DNA of 63,564 nucleotides, filler included, from Octopus bimaculoides (Eukaryota): NCBI RefSeq assembly GCF_001194135.2. It is 6 parts of 6 records of this genome, joined end to end, with 100 filler letters (N's around TTAATTAATTAA, not from the genome) between each part and the next. Parts side by side here need not be neighbours in the genome. Positions count along the whole stretch, not along the records: positions 42,626 to 56,702 come from NC_068994.1; positions 56,803 to 61,620 come from NW_026330490.1; positions 61,721 to 63,564 come from NC_068998.1; 3 more parts are not named here. One strand, 5' to 3'. Shown piece by piece: positions 52,759 to 63,564 of this stretch (position 1 is its first letter; each line of letters starts with the position of its first letter). The notes under the pieces were generated by a model. It saw only the letters and a program-made list of their open reading frames with translations, ran no database searches and was not told where the DNA came from. The position numbers and the translations under genes were made by a program.

Positions 52759-52778
52759 AGTTCCATCTTGTCGGAGTT
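52759..52778 (+). CDS. HECTD2: 3' end of a HECT exon whose 5' part is lost in the N gap ((E)FHLVGV)
   Basis: Matches recalled SEFRLVGI, is followed by GTATCCTTT and joins phase 0 to LMGLAVYN. Confidence 0.8.
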
Positions 52779-52825
52779 GTATCCTTTACCTGATTCAACA
52801 ATCTTGTAATATTTGTAGACCCTAA

Positions 52826-53146
52826 GGAGGCAAGCTGACAGAAACGTTAGCACGCCGGGCGAAATGCTTAGCGGTATTTTGTCTGCTGCTACGTTCTGAG
52901 TTCAAATTCTGCCGAGGTCGACTTTGCCTTTCATCCTTTTGGGGTCGATAAATTAAGTGCCAGTTTGGCACTGGGGTCGACGTAATCGACTTAATCCCCC
53001 TGTCTGTCCTTGTTTGTCCCCTCTCTGTTTAGCCCCTTGTGGGCAATAAAGAAATAAGAAACGTTAGCACACGGGGCGAAATGCTTAGAAGTATTTCGTC
53101 TGTCTTTACGTTCTGAGTTCAAATTCCGCCGAGGTCAACTTTGCCA
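52826..53146 (+). mobile_element. Two tandem family-A SINE copies inside the U12 intron
   Basis: The head GCTGACAGAAACGTTAGCACGCCGGGCGAAATGCTTAGCGG is repeated at about 53059. Confidence 0.85.
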
Positions 53147-53264
53147 TTGGTGCATATGGTAATTGTGTGAAGATTGCAATGAACCTCTAGTGGCACATGT
53201 GGCGGTTAAAGTGTTAAATTGGAATGTAATTTAACGAGATCAAGTCAGTGAAAGTCTGGGAAAT

Positions 53265-53625
53265 CATCATCATCATCCTCATCATTATCACCATCATCGT
53301 TTAACGTCCGTTTTCCATGCTGGCATGGGTTGGACGGTTCGACTGGGGTCTGGGAAGCCTGGAGGCTGCACCAAGCCTCAATCTGATCTGGCAGTGTTTC
53401 TACAGCTGGATGCCCTTCCTAACGCCAACCACTCTGAGAGTGTAGTGGGTGCTTTTTACGTGCCACTGGCACAGGGGCCAGGAGAGCTGATATCGACCAC
53501 AATTGGATGGTGCTTTTTACGTGCCACCGGCACAGGGGCCAGGGGAGCTGGCATCGACCACGATCGAATGATACTTTTTACGTGCCACCAGCACGGAGGT
53601 CACAGCTACAATTTCCATTTGATTG
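53265..53625 (-). mobile_element. RTE-type LINE 3' end with about 61-bp internal repeats
   Basis: (CAT)n-CGTTTAACGTCCGTTTTCCATGCTGGCATGGG..., with TTTACGTGCCAC occurring three times. Confidence 0.75.
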
Positions 53626-53732
53626 TAATTTGATTTGATTTTGATAATGTATATATATATACATATATAAATATGTATGTATATAGATATGTATATATAT
53701 ATATCTCCTTTACTCAGTGTTCCACCTTCCAG

Positions 53733-53894
53733 CTGATGGGACTTGCTGTCTACAACAGCATCATGTTAGACATCCGTTTCCCACCCTGTTGCTACCACAA
53801 GTTACTTAGTCCTGCTGTTGTACCATACATGAACGACAAGGCCACAGTTGGGGTGGCACCCCTTACACTCAGTGATCTCAAGCTAGTGCAGCAT
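53733..53894 (+). CDS. HECTD2: HECT domain exon (LMGLAVYNSIMLDIRFPPCCYHKLL...LSDLKLVQH)
   Basis: TCCAG|...CAT|GTGAGT, phase 0-0. Near-identical to recalled LMGLAVYNSITLDIRFPPCCYKKLLSP. Confidence 0.96.
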
Positions 53895-54395
53895 GTGAGT
53901 ACATCCTTCATCTTCATCATCATCATAGTCATCGTCATCAGCAGGATAATCATCATCGTCATTGTCATTGTCATCACCATCATCATCGTCATCATCATCA
54001 TCTTCCTCCTTCTCCTCATTTTCATCTTCATCATCATCATCACCACCACCACCACCACAGTAAACACCACTACTTCCATCACCATCATCATCATCATCAT
54101 CATCACCATCCTTATTCATCATCATTGTCATCAGCTTCCTCCTTCTCCTCGTCCTCCTCATCATCTTCATCCTCGTCTTCATCTTCATCATCATCACCAC
54201 CCCCACCACCACCATAAACACCACTACTTCCATCACCATCATCATCACCATAATCATTATTATCCTCACCAAAATGACCACAACCATCACCATCATCACA
54301 ATCATCATTTTTGTCATCAGCATCGGCATCGTCGTCCCCCCTCCTCCTCACCATCAGCTGCAGCAGCATCACCATCATCATCATCGTCGTCATCG

Positions 54396-54426
<31 letters not shown>

Positions 54427-54613
54427 ACACTTCATTTCTAACTTACTCCCATTGCCTTTAACTCCCTCACATCCCAGACAATTTGTGCCTAATTAACGGA
54501 GATGGCCTAATTAATCCCCATCATTAATAATTTCCTCTCCTCTCCCCCTTCCATTGTTGTATGAATATCAATAACATGTCCCCCTTTTCTTTCTTCTCTC
54601 TCCTTCAACAAAG

Positions 54614-54688
54614 GATCTGTCTAAGGGTCTCCAGGAACTCCTTGACTATGAAGGAAACGTCGAAGAAGATTTCGGACTAACATTTCAG
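54614..54688 (+). CDS. HECTD2: HECT domain exon (DLSKGLQELLDYEGNVEEDFGLTFQ)
   Basis: AAG|...CAG|GTGGGT, phase 0-0. HECT motif GL..LL.YEG.VEEDF..TFQ. Confidence 0.95.
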
Positions 54689-56148
54689 GTGGGTGTATTA
54701 CATAAAGGTGTGTTACACCTGTATTTCAGCTCAAAGGTCATAGACTCTTGTTTAACACCACCACCACAACCACCACAGCCACCACCACCACAACCACCAC
54801 CACCACAACCACCACATCCACCACAACCACCACCACCNNNNNNNNNNNNNNNNNNNNNNNNNNNNNNNNNNNNNNNNNNNNNNNNNNNNNNNNNNNNNNN
54901 NNNNNNNNNNNNNNNNNNNNNNNNNNNNNNNNNNNNNNNNNNNNNNNNNNNNNNNNNNNNNNNNNNNNNNNNNNNNNNNNNNNNNNNNNNNNNNNNNNNN
55001 NNNNNNNNNNNNNNNNNNNNNNNNNNNNNNNNNNNNNNNNNNNNNNNNNNNNNNNNNNNNNNNNNNNNNNNNNNNNNNNNNNNNNNNNNNNNNNNNNNNN
55101 NNNNNNNNNNNNNNNNNNNNNNNNNNNNNNNNNNNNNNNNACAACCACCACAGCCACCACCACCACAACCACCACCACAACCACCACCACAACCACCACC
55201 ACAAATGGCCACTGTACATGTGTCTGTGGAGTACTCAGCCACTTGCACGTTAATTTCACGAGCAGGCTGTTGCGTTGATCGGATCAACTGGAACCCTCGA
55301 CGTCGTAAGCGACGGAGTGCCAACAAAAATTTCCTTCTAGTCACAGTTTTTGTACACTGGTGCTTTTTACGATGTGACCAAGGTACTTTATCTTCCTGAG
55401 TGTTAGTAATCGAAAGCAACACAACTGGTCAACACATATTGCTTATTGTGGGCACCAGGCTACATAGCATTAAGCATGCGGTCGTTAGAATGTAGGATTA
55501 AATACCCACGTATATTTGCACCAGATCTCTGCACTCTGTGTTCAAATACCACTGAAGTCAAATTAACCTTTCTGGATTGACAAAATAAAAGTAATGATTG
55601 AGATGAGGTGAAAAAAGTTATCTACCTTGAAAATATTTTAATGAAGGGAAATAACTCTAATAGGCATTCTTCCCTCATTCCACTATCGCTTTCTTTTTTT
55701 TTTTTTTTTTTTTGTGTTGGTTTTGCAAGATCCCTGATGTGAAATCGTCTGCTGCAATAGATATTGTTATATTTCGGGACAATTATTTTTTGGGGTGGGG
55801 GAGAAAATAAACACACGCACTGTATATATTTGTTCTTCATTTCAGATTTGTTATTCTTCTTATTTCATTGTCCTTTGTCTAAAATCTTTCGTTACACGTC
55901 CTGCGACCTCTTCAGGGACCCTCCATCTCATGCGTCTCCACCCGTTCTGTTTAATCCATTTCGCTTTCAGTTTTTAAAATCACTAAAATTTATTACTCAG
56001 GGACCCCATCTGTATAAAAAAAAAATTAAAGTTAAGGTAGTGTTAACATACGTAATGCAGTTAGTATTATAGAAGATCTATCTAATTCGATTGTCAATGC
56101 TCACTGTGTTACAAACAGTAACACTATATTCTATAAGCTATATTTCAG

Positions 56149-56236
56149 ATTTCTCACACAGAACTGGGCTGCTTAAAAACATATTCGTTGAAGCCCAATG
56201 GAGAAAATATTCCTGTAACCAACAGCAATCGCCACA
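56149..56236 (+). CDS. HECTD2: HECT domain exon (ISHTELGCLKTYSLKPNGENIPVTNSNRH); last exon visible
   Basis: TTCAG|...A|GTAAGT, phase 0-1. Motif LKP.G..I.VTN.NR. Downstream exons including the catalytic Cys were not found in the window. Confidence 0.93.
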
Positions 56237-58142
56237 GTAAGTAAGCACAAGAGGGAAGTGGTGGGGTGCTGTTTTTTTGTTTCCAGATACACACACACAC
56301 ATACACACACACACATACACTCTCTCATATACTCTCTCTCTCTATCTATCTATATATATATATATATTATGAAGGTCGCTCTTCAGTGCTACTGGTAACA
56401 TGTAATCCAGTACAACCTGTTGCATGGTCGGGTCGTCGGCGACTAAACTGGCAACCCCACCAGGCTTGCTTGGTGAGGAGGGTGTTGTTGGTCACCCTGC
56501 AGGACGAAAAATAAGACCTGTCAAAGGGCGGATGAACTCCTGAACAGTCAACGACCATCCAACAAAATGTCTGTAAATATGTATATATATATATATGTAT
56601 GGGTGTGTATATGTGTGTGAATGTCTGTAAATATGTATATATGAATAATTTTAATTTTAATTTTATATATATACTATTTTTTATCTTTTATATTTTATTT
56701 ATNNNNNNNNNNNNNNNNNNNNNNNNNNNNNNNNNNNNNNNNNNNNTTAATTAATTAANNNNNNNNNNNNNNNNNNNNNNNNNNNNNNNNNNNNNNNNNN
56801 NNGAATGAATGTGTATGAGTATTTATATGCATATGTGTGTGTATATATATATATGCGCGCGCGCGTGTGAATGTTGTGCATTGCAGTCACTGCTCAATAT
56901 TCACTAACACACACACTGCCCCGCGAACGCATGCACGTACAAAATGTCCACATATGTACACGCCGTCATGCACAAGAAAAATATCACTTCACTGTATCAG
57001 ATTACTTCAACCAAATACTGCCCCGGATTGATGACTCCGCAATCTATATTTATTGAATAGCCACAACCTTAGTGATGTTAAAGAAATCTTGGGAAAACTT
57101 AACTGCTTTCATATTGATGAAATAATACGATTTAAAAAGCTATCAATAATTAATAAATATGATTGTTCTGTGTCGTTGACAGGAAGGTTTATCTAGCATT
57201 CACTGAGCAGAGCAGAAACTGGAGATAAATCACATCAAATATATATTATAATGATTATGTATTCAACGAACAATCGGATATTATATACTACCCACTGTAG
57301 CTGAGTATACACTAGATTCCTTGGTGAATATATGATCTTGCTGCCACTTCTCGTATGTATACGTTCATACNNNNNNNNNNNNNNNNNNNNNNNNNNNNNN
57401 NNNNNNNNNNNNNNNNNNNNNNNNNNNNNNNNNNNNNNNNNNNNNNNNNNNNNNNNNNNNNNNNNNNNNNNNNNNNNNNNNNNNNNNNNNNNNNNNNNNN
57501 NNNNNNNNNNNNNNNNNNNNNNNNNNNNNNNNNNNNNNNNNNNNNNNNNNNNNNNNNNNNNNNNNNNNNNNNNNNNNNNNNNNNNNNNNNNNNNNNNNNN
57601 NNNNNNNNNNNNNNNNNNNNNNNNNNNNNNNNNNNNNNNNNNNNNNNNNNNNNNNNNNNNNNNNNNNNNNNNNNNNNNNNNNNNNNNNNNNNNNNNNNNN
57701 NNNNNNNNNNNNNNNNNNNNNNNNNNNNNNNNNNNNNNNNNNNNNNNNNNNNNNNNNNNNNNNNNNNNNNNNNNNNNNNNNNNNNNNNNNNNNNNNNNNN
57801 NNNNNNNNNNNNNNNNNNNNNNNNNNNNNNNNNNNNNNNNNNNNNNNNNNNNNNNNNNNNNNNNNNNNNNNNNNNNNNNNNNNNNNNNNNNNNNNNNNNN
57901 NNNNNNNNNNNNNNNNNNNNNNNNNNNNNNNNNNNNNNNNNNNNNNNNNNNNNNNNNNNNNNNNNNNNNNNNNNNNNNNNNNNNTTACATTACATTCTTC
58001 GTATTTTTTTTATCAATCGCTTCCTGTATACGAACCACCAGTAACTTTGCTTCACCAATGTGTGTGAACTACCAGCAACACACCATAATACCACCATCTA
58101 GCTTTGAGTCAAACGTAAATCTTATAACTTTTGAAGCCTGTT

Positions 58143-58252
58143 ATGTCACCTGATGAAGGTCCCTGCGCTGCGAGATGCATCTAATGTCATTACATCGTTC
58201 CCCAGCCACTAGGGAGCAGTGCAGAATGCAGCCGAAACGATTGTTGTGATAT
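58143..58252 (+). ncRNA. Type I hammerhead ribozyme, Penelope-like, with extended stem II
   Basis: Stem I ATGTCAC/GTGATAT; CTGATGA (58150-58156) plus one extra A; GG..CC stem II base enclosing CTGCGCTGC/GCAGTGCAG; GAAA (58234-58237); self-complementary AACGATTGTT; GUU triplet. Confidence 0.65.
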
Positions 58253-58273
58253 ATGTATATATCTATATATATA

Positions 58274-58301
58274 CTAGCTAACGCACCCGTCCTTTGGACG
58301 G
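58274..58301 (-). mobile_element. Helitron 3' terminus
   Basis: Minus strand reads CCGTCC-AAA-GGACGG hairpin, 9 nt, then CTAG followed by T. The 5' end was not identified. Confidence 0.6.
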
Positions 58302-58697
58302 TTTACGTTGCTTTGGTGGTATTTTTTCACCAAATAGTTGAACTACCGAGAAGGTTTAAGAGTACCACGGCAATCTATGTTTTTGGTTAACTTAGGAACG
58401 GAAAATCAAATTGAAGGCTGGTTATTATGGAGGTCGTTGCACTTAATTGATCATTGAACATATAAGTTTGCAGATGATTCAAAGTAGAGCTACTGAAGTG
58501 TTTTGGGAGTAGATTACGGATAATGACTGCAAAATACAGTTGTTTTCTAAGCTTATTTTGTTCACTCTTATTTTCATATATAGCATATAAACGTATGTAT
58601 TTTTTGGAACATTGTGCGGAGGTAAAGACTATGCGCTCCATACACACAGAGAGACATATATATATATATACACGTATTATGTATGTAGCTATGTATG

Positions 58698-58747
<50 letters not shown>

Positions 58748-61579
58748 AACACATACACACACACAAATACATTACATGTATATGCGTGAGAGTGTATGTC
58801 TAAATATATGGGTGGTGGGGTGAATACATGTATATGTATACATATTTTTTTGTTTCGTAAATTAGAGAAGTACTCAATACTAGACAACTTTCAACTCTCT
58901 ACATCCATTTAGGTGAAATTTCTGAGCAAATATTCAAGATGGTGTCAGGGCGAGGTGTTTCACGCGTCTATCGGTAATTTCAAGTAATGCAGTCATAATC
59001 GTTTCGAGTTTAGCAGCAAAGTTCCAAATGAACAAAGCTAACTCCAAATTAATACATGGCAATAGTTTTATTGATTTCTCAGACAACATTACTTTAAATG
59101 TATATATTATAAAGCAGAGTGAGACAGCACTTCACATATTTTAAGGACGTAATAATCATATTGCAATTCAAATGGATTTGATGAAGAAATATGCTTGCAA
59201 GATGAAAGATGGCATTTTCTATTATAAACACACATCCCACTGCTTGCTGCCAAATTGATTTTATATTCCTAGATATGAATACGTGCCGGTATGACTGTTT
59301 GGTTGTAAAGGCCATGTCATTATCATGTGCGTTTGGGTTCTATGAAACTGTATCATACCTTAGCCAATTGATTCTTCGCCTGAGCAAAGTCTTGTGAAGG
59401 AAATTTGGGAGACAAGCTATAGAACCCTATCATCTCTCTCCCGCTGTGTGTGTGTGTGTGTGAGTGTGCACGAGAAAGTGGTACTCAACACATTTGGTAG
59501 GTGTTCGATATATGTCTTTGATTCAGCTCCTCATGATTTCAAGATTCATGGGTCTCCACTGAGATGTATTCATCTAACACCTGATGAGAGGGACGCGTTG
59601 TACGCAAACTTTTTACCACGCAACGGCACACACACACACACACACACACAGAGTTGCAGGTGCGATTGTGTGGTATAAGGTTTACTTACCAGCCACATGG
59701 TTCGGAGTTCAATTTTAATGTGTTGGCATCTTGGGCAAATGTCTTCTTCAATAGCACCGGACCGACTAAAGCCTTATGAGTGGATTTGGTAGACAGAACT
59801 GAATGAAACCTGCAGCACACACAGAGGGTGAGAGAAAGAGACAGAAAGAGAAAGAGAGAGAAAGAGACAGAGAGAGAGAGAGAGAAAGAAAGAAAGAGAG
59901 AAAAAGAGAAAGAAAGATAGAGGGATTGAGAGAGAGAGAAAGAGGGAGAAGAGTGAGAGAGAAAGAGAGGGAGAAAAGGAGTGAGAGAGAGGAGAGAGAA
60001 TGAGAGGAGAGAGAAGGAAAGAGAAAGATAGGGAAAGAGAGAGGGTGGGAGAGAGAGATAGAGAAAAAGAGAAGGGTCTGTTGCAAACTATTTAGTAGCC
60101 TAGTGTTCACTTCCTGGTTGTGTTCCAATGACTTTATGATCAAAGTCCATTTCAAATACTGATTTCAAATTTTGGCATAAGGCCAGCAATTTGAAAGTCG
60201 ATTACATCAACTCCAGTGAATGACTGGTACTTACTTTATTGGTGCTGAATGGATGAAAGGCAAAGTCAAACTCAGTGGCATTTGATCTCTCAGAACACAA
60301 AAATGGTTGAAATGCTGCTAAGCTCATCTCAGTGGCATTTCATCTCAGAACATAAAGATGATCGAAATGCTGCCAAGTTCATTCTGCTTTAGAGTCCATT
60401 CTAATATTAGTTGCATGATAGACTGATCAGCTGACAGAATTGTTAGTACATTGGGCAAAATGCTTAGTGATATTACATCTGTCTTTACGTTCTGGGTTCA
60501 AATGCCACCAAGGTTGACTTAGCCGTTTTCTCCCTTTGGGGTTGATAAAATAAGTACCAGTCATATACTGGAGGGTTAATGGAAATGATTTATCCCCACA
60601 GCCGCCCCTTGAAATTGCTGGCCTTGTGCTAAAATTTGAATCCAATGTTAGTTACATGACGCTTGGCTCAATATTCTTTTCTATTCTAAGCACAAGGCCT
60701 GAAATTTTGGGGGATCAACCTCAATATACAACTGGTACTTAATTTATCGACCCCAATAGGATGAAAGGCAAAGTTGGAATTTGAACTCAGAACGTAAAGA
60801 CAGATGAAATACTGCTAAACATTTCGCCCGGTGTGCTAACGTTTCTGCCAGCTCGCTGCCTTCGCATGGCTCAATATTGGAGCCTAGAAACATGCTGCAA
60901 GAACAACAACAAAACAAAAATACGGACGAAACTTTAATAAGGCAGAAGTAAGAGCAAGGAATTCGGTTATTAACAAATAATAAGGTCAGACAATGAATAT
61001 CGAAGCATCAACATAGTGATGGTAGCTGAAGGTATTTCTTGGAGGTCCCACTACTGTGTACATCGTTTTATGTACACACACTGACACACACACAAGAGCA
61101 CATACGCTCATAACATACATGCACACACACATTTGTATGCGTGTGTGTATGACAAGATATATACACATGCATAACAAACACAGAGCAACATTCGTTTGTG
61201 GTAACATTCATTGATGAAGGAATCTTTAATATAATACGGATGCCATGAACACATTGTGAGTTTTTGTTTGGTGTGTAGGGGAGTGTATGTGGAGGAGGGA
61301 GGGAATGTTTCCAAAACAGATATACTATACAAAAACAACAACAAAAACAAACAAATGCACAGAAAAATGCTTACAAATTTTTGTAGGATGTCTTTAAAAT
61401 GGTTATACATCACTGCAAGAAGTGATGCAGTTATACACACAAGTAAGGTATGACAATTGTCATCCAACGTTGTCAGACATTACATAAATTGTTGTACAAA
61501 TACAATACAATAGAGGGAGATATACAAACAGTTATACAATTCATAGAATATATATATATATATATGCAAATATATATCA

Positions 61580-61620
<41 letters not shown>

Positions 61621-62003
61621 NNNNNNNNNNNNNNNNNNNNNNNNNNNNNNNNNNNNNNNNNNNNTTAATTAATTAANNNNNNNNNNNNNNNNNNNNNNNN
61701 NNNNNNNNNNNNNNNNNNNNTATATATATATATATATGTATATAAGAATATATTTATATGAACCATTGAACTCAACACATTTTTTTTTCTCTGTATATTT
61801 CCTCTTATTCCTTTCTGTCAAACACTGTAGGCTTGAAATGTAAAAGACTTTTCCATTTCTCCTGAGTGTCAAACAAATGCCTTTGCTTGTTGTTCCTACT
61901 CCTGTTTTCATCTTTGTTTTTCTATAGATTTGAACTATATATATATGTGTGTGTGTGTGAATTTATCTATATCTATCTATCTATCTGTCTATCTATTTAT
62001 CTA

Positions 62004-62045
<42 letters not shown>

Positions 62046-62726
62046 TCTCTCTATATATATATATGGGCACATGTATTAATGTATGAAACATGTATAATAT
62101 ATATGAAAATAAACAAGTGTGTATATATTGAAGTACTTTGTATTTTTACGCAAAAATATATATATGCATATGCTATCTGAGTATTTTTACATTTTAAGAC
62201 TACATTTATAAATGTACCAAACATAGATTGCATTTATTTATGAACTTTTCCAATTTATTATAATCAATTAATCATTGATTAAGTTAAGTATATCTTTACT
62301 GCATATTATTCATACATTTATTCATTTATTTATCAATACATTTATATATTTGCATATTTCTTATACTAGTTTGTTTGTATGTATTTTCAAATATTGATCT
62401 TGAGACAGTTTTATGCCGTGTATTTTACTTAGCTTCAAATGATATCTTTGATCACACTGTCTACCTCTAATTCTTTGTTGTTATATATTTTGGGGAGGAA
62501 TTATTTTCATTGTTAAGAATCAAATTTGTTCTAAACATTGGGATTAAAAGAAAAGAAAATTCACTGAAATAATACAACAATATTTATTGGAAGCTGTTAG
62601 CTTCACAAATCTTTACTCAGATTTTCTCATTTCTGGTCTACAGAGAATTGTTTATCACACTTATCATCTATAGATTATCAAAACTGAGAAGCAGAATGTA
62701 ATGATTTGGAAAATTAAGTTTCAGTG

Positions 62727-62793
<67 letters not shown>

Positions 62794-63532
62794 ACACACA
62801 CATGCACATGCACGCACGCACACTTGCACACATACACACACACAAGTGAGCGGACAAACAAAAGAAAGTGGCACTCAATACATGTAGTAGGAATTATACA
62901 CAGCTTATTGCACTAGGTTCCTGTATGAAGCCTACACAACTTTAAGTTGCACCAAACCAAATATAACTGTTGAAGAATAACAAAAGAGATACAGTCCCTT
63001 AAAATTTGAAATAGGAAGAATTTGGAGCATGTGAACAGTAAAGATCATGCCAATAATCATGGTCCTACAGTGTTAGGCAAACAACATGAGCTTGGTAATT
63101 ATGTTTAGTCTGGTACTTATTCTATTGGGCTCTTTTGTCGTTATAGTGACATAAGCAATCTAACACTTGTTCTTAACAGAGTGGAGACAAACACTAAGAT
63201 ACGCGCACACACACACACACACACAAACACACACACGCACACACACACATACATGCGCACACACACACACACACACACACACAAGCACACAAACACACAT
63301 GCATGCATATCCACATATATGTGCACGTCTATGTATGTACACTTGTACATATGCATTTATGCTTGCATACTTACAAGAATGCATGCATGTATACACATTG
63401 GGCTTCTCACAGTTTCCATCTAACAAATTTGTTCACAAGACATGGGTCAGCTTGTGAACAAATTGCAGACAGTAGCATATGACGCTCTGCTTGGTTGTGA
63501 ACTCAACTTCTTAATCACACAATCATTTCTGC

Positions 63533-63564
<32 letters not shown>

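Larger units (their letters stand above)
52779..53732 (+). other. HECTD2: U12-type (minor spliceosome) GT-AG intron
   Basis: 5' splice site GTATCCTTT matches the U12 consensus RTATCCTTT. Branch-site-like TCCTTTAC at 53706-53713 has its A 20 nt from the intron end, with no long pyrimidine tract. Confidence 0.8.
1..63564. repeat. Pervasive microsatellites (TA, CA/TG, GA, AAT, ATC, ACC, TCTG)
   Basis: Examples: (TA)n 1-40; (TCTG)n 17625-17695; (AAT)n 30325-30415; (ATT/ATC)n 48770-49034; GA-rich 59820-60070. Most N gaps are flanked by them. Confidence 0.98.

Noticed and set aside
55870-55920. Minus-strand CTGAAGA...GAAA hammerhead-like motif
   Set aside because: Stem II does not abut GAAA, and there is no stem III or NUH site.
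62600-62673. FTNLYSDFLI resembling the next HECT exon (YVQLYTDFLL)
   Set aside because: No pyrimidine tract, similarity ends after 10 aa and an in-frame stop follows.
171-63457. Most ORFs in the supplied track (poly-IY, HT, CV, I, M, X runs)
   Set aside because: They are translations of microsatellites or run through N gaps; no coding signal.

Overview
AT-rich, microsatellite-dense eukaryotic DNA. The SINE/LINE content and style suggest an octopod cephalopod, probably Octopus (inference). It contains many N gaps and five artificial 100-bp scaffold linkers (44N-TTAATTAATTAA-44N). The only host gene I can support is a + strand HECTD2-like HECT E3 ubiquitin ligase. Twelve exons (43182-56236) are recognisable by similarity to HECTD2 as I recall it and by consistent splice phases. 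A candidate first coding exon (MGLICG..., 21323) lies upstream. Two internal exons are not visible, one is cut by a gap, and the C-terminal HECT exons lie outside the visible sequence. The rest is transposon debris: tRNA-derived SINEs, RTE, Tx1-like, R4/Dong-like and APE-LINE fragments, piggyBac, mariner, hAT and Tc1 MITEs, a Helitron end and Penelope-like remnants. Highlights: (1) a perfect 208-bp-arm palindrome (35195-35615) carrying a complete type I hammerhead ribozyme on each strand inside the presumed gene span; (2) a second sense-strand hammerhead at 58143 and three decayed ones; (3) a GT-AG U12-type minor intron inside the HECT domain (52779-53732); (4) a putative myristoyl/palmitoyl N-terminus preceded by a 3-codon uORF; (5) a degenerate palindrome-bearing repeat array at 8.5-9.0 kb. 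Most ORFs in the supplied track are microsatellite or N-gap artefacts.
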